From Macrostomum hystrix (Eukaryota > Animalia > Platyhelminthes), in contig CATNEN010000001.1 of assembly GCA_950097015.1 (NCBI GenBank), positions 16,120,001 through 16,184,000 of the forward strand: a stretch of DNA of 64,000 nucleotides, given 5' to 3'. The notes under the pieces were generated by a model, which had not been told where the DNA came from, did not search any database, and saw only the letters and a list, made by a program, of their open reading frames with translations. Both the position numbers and the translations under genes were made by a program. Positions 37,701-50,130 of this stretch are shown piece by piece (positions within the stretch are counted from its first letter, which is position 1; each line of letters opens with the position of its first letter).

Positions 37701-38140
37701 ATTGAAATCACGAGTGAATTACCTGGTGTTGCGTCATCCTTTCTGATCTCGTCTGCTTCGGTCACCGCCGCTACTGAAATTTTTGAAATAGCTGGAATAT
37801 GGGTTATGTAATAAAGATAAAAATTATAATTGATTCCAATTATGATGGGTCACAATTAATCGGCTGTATCAATTTCTAGATTTTAAATTGGCCTCACGCC
37901 CAGCAGTCAGCGCTCACTGTTACTTTGCTGATTACGCCGCCTTCGCCTCCGTTTCCTGCCTCCGTTGGCTGCGTTGGGCACGTGAACGCCAATGTACATG
38001 GTCTTGCCGCTGCGGCCACCGCCGCCGTCGCCGTCAATTAGAACCGGCATGCAGCGATGACGTTCGGCATCTTCGAAGACTCTCTGACCGCCGGAGTATC
38101 TGGACGCCGCTAGAACTGGCTCGTCTTCTGAATTAGACAT
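22767..38140 (-). CDS. SLC4-family sodium-coupled bicarbonate transporter (SLC4A7/8/10, NDAE1-like); ~13 exons, approx. 38140-37925, 37774-37723, 33506-33345, 30465-30325, 30236-29993, ~29280-28843, ~27960-27752, 27614-27205, 27075-27021, 25882-24956, 24524-24317, 23910-23476, 22875-22767
   Basis: Family motifs in order: [164 protein letters not shown]. Some exon edges are approximate. Confidence 0.95.
22900..23440. repeat. 21-22-bp minisatellite filling the last SLC4 intron
   Basis: Unit AACTT(A)ATCTGAGAACTGCTCA; related to 29435-29970. Confidence 0.95.
24636..24946. repeat. 20-bp minisatellite (~15 copies), SLC4 intron
   Basis: Unit AGTCTAACAGGTGAGGCATT; ends ~10 nt from the exon donor at 24955. 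Confidence 0.98.
25915..26900. repeat. 23-bp minisatellite, SLC4 intron
   Basis: Unit TCTGACACAATCTGACTGGATTA and variants. Confidence 0.96.
28010..28815. repeat. 19-bp minisatellite with degenerate flanks, SLC4 intron
   Basis: Unit GAAGAGGTTACATGACCCT, homogeneous core 28163-28748. Confidence 0.95.
29305..29425 (+). mobile_element. Degenerate tRNA-derived SINE head
   Basis: TGGCCCATTGGTTAGAGC (A box) ... GGTTCGATTCTC (B box) followed by CAATTGCTTC as in family B. Confidence 0.6.
29435..29970. repeat. 21-bp minisatellite, SLC4 intron
   Basis: Unit AACTAATGAGAGAACTGCTCA. Confidence 0.95.
30568..31262. repeat. 40-bp G-rich minisatellite, SLC4 intron
   Basis: Unit GGCTGGGAGTGAGTGTACACTGGGGTAGGGATTTAGGTTT, ~13 clean copies plus a degenerate tail. 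Confidence 0.96.
32335..33283. repeat. 17-bp pyrimidine-rich minisatellite with alternating variants
   Basis: CCTACCTGTCTTTTCAC / CCTACCTGTATTGCTAC. Confidence 0.96.
33733..35030. repeat. 32-bp minisatellite (~40 copies)
   Basis: Unit GAGATACTGGATAAGACAGTGAGATATGCAAT. Confidence 0.97.
35390..37038. repeat. 35-37-bp purine-rich minisatellite (~45 copies)
   Basis: Unit CCAACCATAAGAGAGACTATGAGAAGAAGGGTAATGA. Confidence 0.97.
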
Positions 38141-41100
38141 TTCCACAGCTAGCGGGCTGGTACAGAACTTGCCACTTTATACAACAACACTTCAAAACAG
38201 CCCGGGTTCCTTTCTCTTTATAATTTGCTGCAATGAAAAAATAGTGTGCGAAAAAAACTCGACAATAAAGGGGGTGAAAAAAAAATTGCGAGGACAAAGT
38301 GTAGCATCAAGTCTACAGTTGCTAGGGCACAGTAGACTTCGTAGCTTAAAAATCTGAACTGACTCTAGTCGAAAGCAAATTCCGCGCAGTTTTTTTATAA
38401 AACAAAGTGACTGGCAGTTAAAAACCTTACATTCTATGACACATAGCAACATGTTATGTACCTTTGTATAAAAGCAATAGTATTATAGCAGGTTAATAAC
38501 TTGGCAAACAATAACTGCCCTGTCAAGGCTTTCATTGTCTTCTTCTCTCTCATCTCTACTTCTCTTGCTCATTAACTCAGTACCTCGCATTGAAACAGCT
38601 TACTTCACAATGGCACTCCTGTGACTTGGTTTTCTTCCATAACACTTATAGTCTCATTGTGCCTGCCCCCACTACAGACAGTGCAATATAGAGAGCAAAA
38701 TATTCTGCAGCTAGATATGTACAAGCTACATAATAGACCATGAGTTAGACTTTTAGTCTGGGCTTTAATTGGGGTAAACAAAATAGGTCAGCACTAATAA
38801 GCCAGACAACATGACATAAATGAGTGTTCATTTCGACAAAAGCTTTTTCAGAAGCTTACAAGTTAGAACATATTAGTAACCAAGTTTTTTTAGCTACAAG
38901 TAAAGAAAACTGAAAACTAATACTACAATAATGATCACTCAAATGTTAAAATTGAAGCTAAATGTGAAATATAAATATAAATAAAGAGGAAGAGAAGCAA
39001 CAATAATGTCTAACTATAAAAAGCAACACTTTTTGGTACATTCACAAAAAATTAAAATTGCATATCAAAGATGCTTTGTTTACTAAAGTTAACTTTATGC
39101 CTTGCTATTACTTCTTTTGTCAATTAAGACCAGAAAAAAGTGAAAAAATGAAAAATCTAATTTATAAAAAGGCAAAAAATCTGTGTTGCATGGGCACCTT
39201 TAAAGATTTGTGGCATCAGCAATTGCCTATAGTGTCAAATAATAAAAAATGAACACATCAGAAAGTGACAGTCAGGGAAAGAAAGGTGACATAGGTCACA
39301 TAGATTTATGGCACACAATTTGTGTAAACTTTCATTCTTTACTATATAAATCGAAACTTGATAATAATAATAACTTATAATTCATTTTTAATAACCTTCA
39401 CTGACACCTTGGCTGAGATAAACTACATAGAACTTCACAGAATATTGACAACATAAAGGAAGATAATAATGCCTCCTAAACACCAAAGACAAAATAAAAA
39501 CTTGCCTGGCATAGTAGTTATAGCCCAGAAATTTTAGTGCTAATTGTAGTTAACTATTTACAAGGCAGACAAAAACTAGAGCCTAAAACATGATGATTAG
39601 GACATTGCCTATGATGCATGATGGTACCATCAGCACTGCTGGACCTTCAGAAAGCTCTCATTCAAGCAAACAAAAATGACAACATCTTGTGGACCTACAA
39701 AAACTATAAAAATTAAAACTTTCTAGGAAATAGAATAGAAAAATTAATCAGCAAGCAAACAATTGGAACAAATTTGAAAAACAACTAACAGAGCTAGAAA
39801 ATATTGAGGAAAGATTTTGAAAAACTCAAATTAATTTCACCAACTTCAAATTTTCAAAGAAAACATGCTCCTCTTTGCTTACAACAAGGTAGCGGTTGTG
39901 GACTTACTGAAGGTAGGCCTAGATGTTGAACATTCAAGTATTTTAATTATGAGCTGCAGGTGCCTGGGTGAAGAACAACCTAATACAACAAAGAACAAGA
40001 AAGACCAATTGTGCTGATGTTTGAGAATGAATCAGACAAGGGAGCTTTTTAGGAACCTCTAAAACATCCGGCACCTCAATGGCTATGGCAAAGTAAAGAT
40101 TTAAATGTCCTAACAAAGAAGTAGCGTGACTCAAAATACCAGATCATTATGGAGCTAAAAACACAAAAGGCCAATGGTGAGACTAAACTTTGACTTATGT
40201 ACAGAAATGGCCATACTACAGTTAGCACATTTTTACTTCAGTCTTACCTTTCTAATACTAAACAAACTATATTATCTCTGTTTAACCCCAAGTAACAATT
40301 TTATTAGACAGAAAATGTATAGTTAGACTAGAGCATATATTTCTAATACGCAAATTTTGAACTATATCTTGCTAATTGTCAAATAAGCTATTCAATATGA
40401 CTTATCTATTTACAAACTAAATAAAGGCCCTTTACATATTCTTGTAATTTTAATTTTTACTAATATCCCTTTAATATTTCAACATAGAATAATATTTTAA
40501 AATAATCTTGCTATACTTCTTTTCTTAGTTAGTCCTAACTAATCATTACTACTAAAACCCAGCTGTAAATTAAGACTTAAATTAAGACAGTTACATAATT
40601 AGTACAATTACGAACGTCTACGAATTTTTATTTCAATTTAGGTTAAAAAAAGTGCTAGTACGCCTAGTAGAGCATCTAACAAAGGTTCCAAAATGTCATT
40701 TTAATTGTAAATTTTTTAATCTCAAATAAACCATTTATATAAAATGACTAAATAGAAGACTTGTATAAAATTGTTTATATATAAATGTTTCGTAGAATCA
40801 TTAACTTAGTTCGAGAACTGAATTAAGCCATAGCCTTTTGTCAAAAGCAGTAAAGCACATTTACGCAGACACAAATTGAAAGTAACGCATACTTTTAGAG
40901 CCAGCAGTGTCATGGAGAATTTTAATACCGTGCCTATCAAGTCACATTTTGTAGTGCACAAATACAAAACTCGAAGCAGAAAATTATAGTTATAAATTAA
41001 TGCAGATCTTTTTGCATTAACGTACATATTAACTTCTTTATAATCAAGTGTAGTGTTTTTGCTTGGAATCTTTGTTTTACTATTGACTGTAATACCGTTT

Positions 41101-41659
41101 ACAATAGCTACAGTTAAGCATACATAGCCAAACGATTAATACGAGATTCTAAAACAGAAGTATATTGAATTCAAACGTAATATATTAATTTTTACTCACT
41201 GCAGCAGTCATTTAGATTATTGGTTTATAACCCAGGCGGTAAATGCCAATATTTTTATTCCCTTTCATTTTCTAAAGCGTCGAGTGTCGAGATGCCGGTG
41301 TCGTGAAAATAAGAAAGTGTTATTTTAGCGGGCGAGCAGGTTACCGAGATAAAAACAAAGACAAATCGTAAATATGAGCGGGGTTTTAAGACACTTGGAT
41401 ATATAATTATATTTCAGCACTGAGCCGGACCAACTGGAGGCCTGGATTTGGCGGTGCAATAACAAATAAGAGAGTGCGTGACTGTGTTAAGAGAAACAGG
41501 CGAGAAGGTGAGAGCGAGCCAATTGGAAGGCGGCGGAAAGATATTAAAAGTAGAGTTAGAGAGCCAGACAGAATAAGAGTTATTCTGTACATAAGAGCGA
41601 GATGAGAAACAGAAAGTGAAGAATTCGTGTCAAACAGACGAAAGGTGCAGATGAAATTG

Positions 41660-41802
41660 AGAGTGGCGACACCCTAGTAATTCGAGCCCAGGGTTTCCTG
41701 AGCTAACACGCTTTCTCTCCGCGGCAGCGCCACAAATAACTGTGGCCTCGCCGTGGAAATCGAGCTAAAAACCTAGGTGTTAGACCGCTCTGCCACTCCC
41801 CC
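41660..41802 (-). mobile_element. SINE family A, internally deleted copy
   Basis: TGGCGACAC ... TTCTCTCCGCGGC.GCGCC.CAAAT...TGTGGCCTCGCCGTGG...GTTAGACCGCTCTGCCACT matches 5275-5540 and 46570-46880. Confidence 0.7.
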
Positions 41803-42478
41803 TAAATAGTTGACTATTAGAAACATTTCGTTGATGCATTAATACTATCAAAAGTGTAGTATATAAACATTCACTAAATTCATGTTGACAAAACGACTAA
41901 TGTGAAGTTGTACTACTGATGCATGTACGCTGGTTCAACTTTAGGTTAACAGAGTTTTGCAAAGGTTCGACTTATTAAAGAACAAAATCGATTGCAAATT
42001 TCGATCGCGTCACGTGCTTTCGCTCTTTTCGATTCGGTCCCTTTGTGTGTGTGAAGCTATGGACTTGTTATGCAGAAAAAATTAGCAAAATCAAGTGAAT
42101 TAGACAGGACTTGCTAGGGGAGTGCAGACTAGGCAGCTGATGCAGTCGCAGGGGCAGCTCACACGATTTATGCAGAGTTAATTAAGGCGGCAAAGAAAAG
42201 CTGCTGATGAGGCCTCTAAACTTGACTACATTTAACAGCTCGCCTGACACTAGCAATGCCTGCATGGCTTGATGAATGAAGGCGGCGATTCAGAGCCCGG
42301 AATCTGACCAGAATCTTAAAGCAACCCTCAAATCCCATATGATAGGGCGACAGGGATATTTAAGAAAACAGACACGGCCAGCCAATGACAGTAAGCTCGC
42401 GCATAGGCATTATAATTCAGGCATATTTTAAATACAAACAAGCCATGTGAATTCGGGATCAGCCAGACAGAACTGAAA

Positions 42479-45400
42479 ATGATTCAAACTAAATCATCAG
42501 TCCGTATCGCACTGCTTCTAATAATGACAGCCGTAGGACTCGGCTCCGATTCCCACCTTCAGTACCTGTTCGATCTGCTGCCTCAGGTTGACCATGGTTC
42601 GCTGAAGTTGGGCAACGATTGTGTCAGGACTATCAGGTCCAAGCTGAGTAAGTTAAAACGGCCCTTTTCAGGATCACCAATTTCTAGCAAACTGTATATC
42701 TAGTGAACTCAATCACTTACTTCTAATAAAAATATACTTAATTGTTGTTTAAATAAGTAATTTGTAGCTGGCTAGCTGAATTTCACGGCCTTCTCAATCC
42801 TTTATAACCGCTCCATCTCATATCTTGCTATTTAAAAAGATTACCATTTATCTCTGAATGAAAGTTGATCTCCAACTTTAAAGTCAGTATGTTGAGTCAG
42901 TATATTTTAGTTGATAGGATTGTCAGTAACAAGGTAATTAGATATTTCGAATCTTGTATATAGATTTCTCAATACTTGGCTGCATAATCATTCGGCACCC
43001 AGCCAGTGACCAGAATCTAAATAAAACTGATGGAATTGAATTAGAGCCAAGTGCTGGTTCAAAGCCGCTTCGCAAGCTTGCGAAGGCACCAAGTGGACAC
43101 TTGCTGTTCTAGATTTTCGTGATTCAATCAAACAAACAAGGCTGTTCCGGCTTCCTATTGGACAGACTGACAGTTAAAGCATATTTTATATTCGTTTATG
43201 TTAATTTAACCCTTATGAACAGTTCTACATCTGCAGTCTTTTATGCTCTTCATGAATACTTAGATAAATAGAATTCACTTCTAGCCCCATAATCCAGGTG
43301 CAAAACCAGTGGCGCTTCGAAATGCTGTGTGTACAGCTGTTCAGTCCGTGGACAGTCCGAGGTGAAGTCACCGTCCCGAATTTCTACTCCAGCTGATGCT
43401 GATACCCATTTTATAATTGAGTCCGCTGATGCACTACAGTATTAACCGTCTTGCTCAGGGATACAAATGGTTTTAAGCCTGAAGACAAATAGATCCGTAG
43501 TTAAAGATCAGCTTACCACTGTAAATTTATAATTGTAAAATTTAGTCACCATGGCGATTGGATAAACTGTTTGTCTTGGGTAGCCCAACATATGACAAAG
43601 TGGAAAGAAAATTCTGCACATGCATGGAGCATGTTTCTGTTCTGTTCCTCCTTGCGTAAGTTTGTCTAATTGTTTATCTCTGGAGCCTAGCAAACGAGAA
43701 TTTATATTCGCCAAGTGACGCGCATTTGTCAAGACCAGTATTGTCGAGTTTTTAGTAACTGGGCAAGACTGCCGTGCGTGGGCTTGGCTGCAAACTGCAA
43801 GGCAGGATTGCGATTTGTGAGTTTTTATGTAGCAGTGAATTCTTAACGGGTGGTTTGAAAGGCCCACACTGATCGTAAATCCCGTTCTGAACACCCAAAT
43901 CAACTTTTAATATATTTTCTTCATCATAACCTAACCCAGTTACATGTTTAATGATTGTTAATGGTACTAATTATTATAATGGACAATTCAGTTCTCTGGT
44001 TCTCATAAATTACAATTAATTATTCATTTCGGGAGTTCAAACTTCAATAAAAAGGAAACAATATACTTACTTCCGCATTGCTTCAGTTAATCACCCTACT
44101 AATGCTTTGATGGGGTAGCTATTTGGGTAAAGTCCCTGTCCATGAGAAATGAGAAAGATAATATGAGAGTCAGGGCAGATGTACACCTGTGTGTGCGTGT
44201 GTACTCAGGAATCAGCGAAATGGGCAGAATTGCCTCCTCGCTGGCTGCGGGTCTAGTGTCACTTAATAGTATGCTATTGCCGGCAGCCCTCCTGCAATTA
44301 TTACTATAAGGGTCCCTGTCCACGGACTAAACAGAAGTACACATCTTTTGGTGGCGCCCCGTATATGTGGCGCCTGTGTCACTGAGTGTACTCATAAATA
44401 TGACACAACTAGGCGGATCATTTTAAAGAAGCTATTTGTTGGACGATTATAGAAAGTAAATCAATGGAAGGATTTAAACAGCAGGAATTTTAGGGAGAAT
44501 ACTTGAAATGAGGAACCAATGATGTTGAAAAGATGGAGAAGTTTATTCAACATGTTTTATATGAAACGTATTTGTCACAGTATTAGGAGAGAAGATTTCT
44601 AAGCCATTCCTTGGCACCTCGAATTTGTTAACAGCCACAATCAACACCAGGCAGTGGCTGTTGTTCAATGCCAGTCAGGCGAGACTGCTGCAAACTCGAG
44701 AGTCCTCTTCCAGCCGCTTGGTGAAGGCAGAGCTGCACTTTTACATCAAGCCGCGCTCTCAACTCTCCGGCGTCAACAGCAACGACGGCCCGGACTCGGC
44801 AATCACCGGCCTGCTTCATCGACTCGTCATCAATCGACGTCGGCAGCGACGACGTCAGAGGAGGCACGGTAGGCGAATAAGCTGGCCACTTCGTCGTCGC
44901 CTTCGCCTGTTGGGCCGGTTTGGAATCGCGGCAGCTGCCAGCCCGAAAAGGCACCGAAGGCACCAGATCAGGGACTTGAGCGCTTGGCATCGAATCGACA
45001 TCACGCAGGCCGTCGAGCGCCACTTGGCCAAAGCTCGCCGGCATAGAAGGCGGTCACCACGGCTGCTGCTGGCTCTGAGCTTTGAGAAGCGCAAGGCGAA
45101 CGGTAAAGTTCGGGGAGTGTCACTCCGGCGCTTCCTGTCAGTCAGCGGCGGCAGGGCGCCATTTTTATCGCTGCAAACACGGAGCTCGACAGCGACCCTC
45201 ATGCAGCTGCGGCCGGCAGTTCTGCAGCGAAAGCGTCGAGATATTCAGCTGCTGCCTGCCTACTCTGCTGATAGTCTGGGTCAATTCCAGTTTGTTAATC
45301 TGACCGCCGAGTCCTCGAAGCCGTGCCACGCTGTGCCGCATCGATTGCACTTCGCTGACCTGGGCTGGCACAGGTGGATCCTGCGACCGGAGTCTGTGCC

Positions 45401-47211
45401 GTTCGGAGCCTGCCTCGGCACCTGCGTACCAATGGTCAGTTGAGTCAGTAGGCGCAATAGTTTAAGCAAACAGGGTCAAAATAATTTATAGTAAAAATAT
45501 TCAGTAGATCAAGTAACAGCAATGTAATGTAACACAGGGAAGACTGGAAATAATTTATAGAACATTGTGCGACCCTCTTCCACCTCTCATTCTACCGCAC
45601 CTCCTTCTATCCCACCTCTACGCTCTCTTTCTGCCCCTCCTCTCTTTCTACCCCACCTCTCTTTCTACCCCACCTCTCTTTCTACCCCACCTCTCTTTCT
45701 ACCCCACCTCTCTTTCTATCCCACCTCTCTTTCTACCCCACCTCTCTTTCTACCCCTCCTCTCTTTACACTCGACCTCTCTTTCTATCCCGCCTCTACGC
45801 TCTCTTTCTGCCCCTCCTCTCTTTCTACCCCACCTCTCTTTCTACCCCTCCTATATCTTTACTCTCTCAACCCCACATCACTTTCTACCTCAATTTTCTC
45901 GTACCCATCCGATATTTCTACCCCACATTTTTATTCCCCCACATATTTTCCACCCACCTCTCTTACTAACCCACCTATCTTTCTACCCCAGCAATTTAAC
46001 AGCTCGCCTAAAGCTTACATGATGCTTTCACATAAAGCTTACATAATCACAGAACTTACCCTTTGTGGCTTTAATTGATAAAAAGTGCGTTTAAGAAGCC
46101 TTTTGGTGTGGTTTCCAGTTGCGATGTGTGGCAGCATGATATATGAAAGCTAAGTCTTGTTCTCCGGGCACAAGTTCTGTGGGCACAATAGGAAATTATC
46201 ATCCTGGGCGATAGCTGTTATGCTAAAAAGGAAATCGCGCAGCTATTGTGCGGTGCATTCAACTGCAGCGTGCAGTTGTTCAGTCCGTGGACTGAGTTAG
46301 GCCGCCACGTCCTATTAAATCTCTACCACAGCTGGGTGATCTGAAGAAATGGGGAACGAAGCACTGCTTAATCACACAACAAGTTTTAGATGAACTCACA
46401 ATTGAACGAATTGATGGGCTTATCACTAGGTCGTAACCTGACTGGAATAAACATTGACAACAGTTTCTGATTCCGAACAGCGTTTCTGAGTCTTTGACAA
46501 CAGTCTCAGTGAGCATAAAATAGGAATAATATTTGCAGGAGGGCTGTGGGCAATGAATGAATACACCATTTGGTGACACTAGACCCTCAGCCAGCGAGGA
46601 GGCAATTCTGCCCATTTCGCTGACTCCTGAGCACACACGCACACAGATACTGTACGCAGGCACACTCTCAGAAGTGTGTGCACCTGCCCTGACTTTCTCA
46701 TCGTCAGGCAGTGTACACTTCACTGTGCATTGGAGGTTGGTTCTCCAGGGCTTAAATTTCACGACAAGCCCCAAAGCCTTCTCTCCGCGGCTGCGCCCCA
46801 AATGAATTTGGCCTCGCTGCGGAATCGAGCTCAGGGACCTTGATGCGACTGGCAAACATGTTAGACCGCACTGCCACTCACCCCCCTCAAGGAGTATAGG
46901 TACATGTATAGGTAGGTGTTTTGGAGAAGTTGTACACAAAGCACCCTAATGAATGATTGCAGACCCAAGGAGCCAGCAATCACGCGGAACTCAGCGCACT
47001 TCTTAGGCAGTCGTTTGTGCGAAGACAGTGGAGCATTGGTTCGACAGAGTCGGACGCGGACGGAGCTGATAAACTCTTGCCAACGCTACCATGCTGCGTA
47101 CCTGTGGTCTACACGGCAGCGCCTATTGTGTACCGCGATCAGCCAGAATCTGATGACGGACTTCTGCGAGTATTTAACGATTTATCGATTACTGAATGCG
47201 CTTGTAGATAG
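42479..47211 (+). CDS. TGF-beta superfamily ligand, BMP type (BMP3/GDF10-like features), ~405 aa; exons 42479-42647, 44635-45434, 46963-47211
   Basis: Signal peptide; prodomain motifs LLFNAS, LVKAELHFY, WHRIDITQAV, APFL; furin site RKRR; mature domain C-x6-LHFADLGWHRWIL.P...CLGTC|..SNHA...PCCVP...ECACR with 7 Cys; splice phases 1 and 0 consistent. Confidence 0.92.
43320..43470 (-). mobile_element. SINE family B fragment in BMP intron 1
   Basis: CAGCTGTTCAGTCCGTGGAC...TACCCATTTT...GTCTTGCTCAGGGATACAAAT. Confidence 0.6.
44165..44262 (+). mobile_element. SINE family A 3' fragment
   Basis: GTCAGGGCAGATGTACAC...CAGCGAAATGGGCAGAATTGCCTCCTCGCTGGCTG.GGGTCTAGTGTCAC, reverse complement of 46572-46695. 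Confidence 0.75.
45585..45990. repeat. 17-bp pyrimidine-rich minisatellite, BMP intron 2
   Basis: Unit CCACCTCTCTTTCTACC; similar to the array at 32335. Confidence 0.9.
46560..46887 (-). mobile_element. tRNA-derived SINE family A, most complete copy
   Basis: Minus strand GGGGGTGAGTGGCAGTGCGGTCTAAC...GCTCGATTCC tRNA-like head; body matches 5268-5540. Confidence 0.8.
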
Positions 47212-47623
47212 ACTTTAACCAGAGCTGAGCAAGAAAAAATGACTTGTCTTTGAATACACCCAAGTAAATTTTTTAACTGAAAGTGATTTCCGATTGACTC
47301 GAGATAACTTAAGTTGACTTTAAGCAAAGTTGAAGACATCTTTCCAAAGTAAACTAAAAGACATCCATTGAAAGTGACTAATTATTGACTTTTAGTATAC
47401 TTAGGAAAGCAAAAAAATACGGTTGTAAAATTATTTTGTTGTTACTTAGTTAGTAGGCTTGTAAGCATGAAAAAGGTTTTTTAATAATTTTTTTTAAATA
47501 TTACTTTATGTCAGCAGTTAGCAATACAATTTCAATTATTTAGCGGTCCAAAAAAAGAAAAATGTATTTGTCCATTATTTAATAAATTATAAAATAATAA
47601 AATAACTAGACTACTGTGACTAA

Positions 47624-47938
47624 ATGTTTTTGTTAAACTGCATCTTGTATAAATTGGACATAAGCGATGCATTGGCTATCGAGATGAACTGGAAAGGTTC
47701 TGGTAAGGTAAAAGATTGTGTGAAGAAGCAGGGACTGTGCAACTATTCTGCCATTATTGCAACTATCAACCGGTACTTTGGTGTCTCTGCTGATCTGGCA
47801 ATTATCAAAGTGAATAAGTGGCTAGCCTCAACATCTCGCGTCAGCAAAGCAAAATCTGCTGGTGCTGGTGCTTCTAATGGTCAGGATGCTGATGGCACTT
47901 CTGATTCTGAAGTCAACTTTCTGTTATCGATGACTTAA
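47624..47938 (+). CDS. BEN/DUF4806-like fragment (possibly transposon-associated)
   Basis: LAIEMNWKG..K...IIATI....IIKVNKWL pattern recalls BEN-like domains; may be a terminal exon or a fragment. Confidence 0.35.
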   Translation: MFLLNCILYKLDISDALAIEMNWKGSGKVKDCVKKQGLCNYSAIIATINRYFGVSADLAIIKVNKWLASTSRVSKAKSAGAGASNGQDADGTSDSEVNFLLSMT

Positions 47939-48019
47939 TCATGTCGACGATATTTCTCTACACTGTGTAGAACCACTGCCATTTTACTATAATGTACTAT
48001 TAAACTTTTTTAGGACTTT

Positions 48020-50130
48020 GTTAGCCCTCCAGCCCGGCATCCACCGCGCCAACCGACGCCTCAACCCAGAGTTGGACGACAACCCGGAGGCCACCGCGAC
48101 AGCAGCCCTCCTGCGCAGCGCCCACCTCACCAATGTACGCAAGGCTGACCTGAACACGAACCTGAAGGCCACCGCTCCTGCAGCCCTTCAGCCGACTGCT
48201 CAACATGTCAAGCCTATCAGTCCGAAGAAGCACCTGGACGAAGACCTGGAAGCCACCGCTTCAGCAGCCCTCCCGGACCGAAGCCAAACTGCTACGTTCG
48301 GACAACAATGTAAGCTCATGTCTGCCAACCGATCCTTCGCGGAGATGTCATGCCCTTGTTATAGAGGCCAACATCTAGCGACAGCTGCATGGTCGACTCG
48401 ACTCGACCCAGGCCTGACTCGGGCCACCGAGACCTTCATCAGCAAGTGTCGCACCTGTTTGGAGAGCAAGTCACGAAGAAAGGAGCGAGTACCCGTCCAA
48501 AGCTTTCCAGTCTGCGAAGTATTCGGACGAATCCATTGTGATGTAGTCGGCCCGATCGCTCAGCCAAGCAAAGGCGGTCACCGTTACATCCTGACGCTCT
48601 GTGACGCTACTTCCAAGTATCCGTTCGCCTTCCCGATGAGAAACCAGAAAGCCAAAACAGTAATAAAGCTACTACAAGAGCGCCTCATCGCTGAGTACGG
48701 AGTTCCCTGCTGATCCACACGGACCAAGGGACCAACTTCACCGGATCCGCCTTCAAGAAGTTTTGCGACTTGTACGGGATCCGGCACACTACCACCACGC
48801 CATTACAACCCAGCTTCCAATGGACAAGTCGAGAACCTCAACAAACAGCTGAAGAGTGTGCTGACTTGCCTCCTAGAGCGAGACCACCGCGACTGGGACA
48901 CCTTCCTCCCAGCCTGCTTGATGGCGCTGCGCTCCGCTGTCCATCCGGTGGCGGGCTATACGCCGCATTTCCTAGTCTACGGCAGAGTTTCGTCTACCGA
49001 TTGACAACACCCTAAAGAAGCTGCCGGAGTACGACAACCTGCCTGAGTATGTCAAAGACTTCCAACATCGACTCGACGAAGCGATCGATCTAGCCAAAAA
49101 CCGACTGGCCCTACATCAGCAGCTACGAGACGAGCACTACTCAAGCCTACCAGCAGCGAAGACGCTCAAGCCTGGCGATCTAGTTTTCATCAACAATCCG
49201 ACGCTTCAACCAGACGAGGCGGCTAAATTTCACCGGCCTCGGAAATCCCTCTATGAAGTCGTTGAGCAAAAGGGTGAGGTAGTTTACAAAATCAAACGTA
49301 AATTACCCAACTCCCGAGCCCGACGCGATGAGCAGGTTGTTCACAGACGGAACCTGTAGTTGGTCCCAAACGCCGACTACGCTCTCTCAGATCCGGAACT
49401 CGACGTTAGACCGCGACAACGACGCCGTCCTCTGCAGACGGCCCAGGACCCGCGACCCTGCCGACTGTCTGTGAAGGCCCGGATGACTCCGACGACGAGG
49501 AAGAAGAGCGACCCCTCCGACGGTGGTACTTCCGACAACCATCGACTGTGGAGATCCCGCCTGGAGAAGGTCCCACGACAGCACCGACCAATCAGGCGAG
49601 TAATCCTCGGCGTGATCCACTGCCGTATGGTGATCGCCAGGTTTCTCTGTCTGAAATGAGTGTGTCTGTTCCTGCTCTCTCTCCCTCTGTTTCTCTTCCA
49701 CCTCCTGAGCCTCTCTCTCTCTCTTGGTGCTCAGAAAGGGGATGTTTCTTTGCCAATTGCTCCCGACGAACCTGAACCTCAGGGTTTTCATAGGCCCATT
49801 AGGGATCGTAGGCAGCCTGATCGGCTCGTTTTAGATCCTAGGGCGTTAGCGGCGTAGCCCGCAGAGTTCGTCGCCTTTTACACCGTTCCAGCTCGACAAT
49901 GTTCCCTGGAAAGAGGCTACACGAGGCGCACTCTGACTCCTCAGGGATGAGTCATCACCTCTTTGTCCCGCACTGGTTTCGTTGTTCCCTGTCCCTTTGT
50001 GTGTGTTTGTCTGCCCTCAGTCAGCACGTGATTCTCCTCATGTGACTGGCCTCTCTCTTTGTCTTTTAAAGTGCACGTAAACATGTTTACTGAACTTGGG
50101 GCTTTGATTATGGGACAGGAGCCTACGTAG
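48020..50130 (+). mobile_element. Degenerate Ty3/Gypsy LTR retrotransposon fragment (integrase and downstream region)
   Basis: FISKCRTC zinc motif; FGRIHCDVVGPI...RYILTLCDATSKYPFAFP...YGVP, then frameshifted IHTDQGTNFT, TTP..P..NGQVENLN; C-terminal YEVVEQKGEVVYKI...VVHRRNL; several frameshifts and stops. Confidence 0.9.

Noticed and set aside
43003-43110. Possible extra BMP exon (TSDQNLNKTDG...)
   Set aside because: Weak donors; exon 1 joins exon 44635 in phase and gives a normal prodomain motif order and length.
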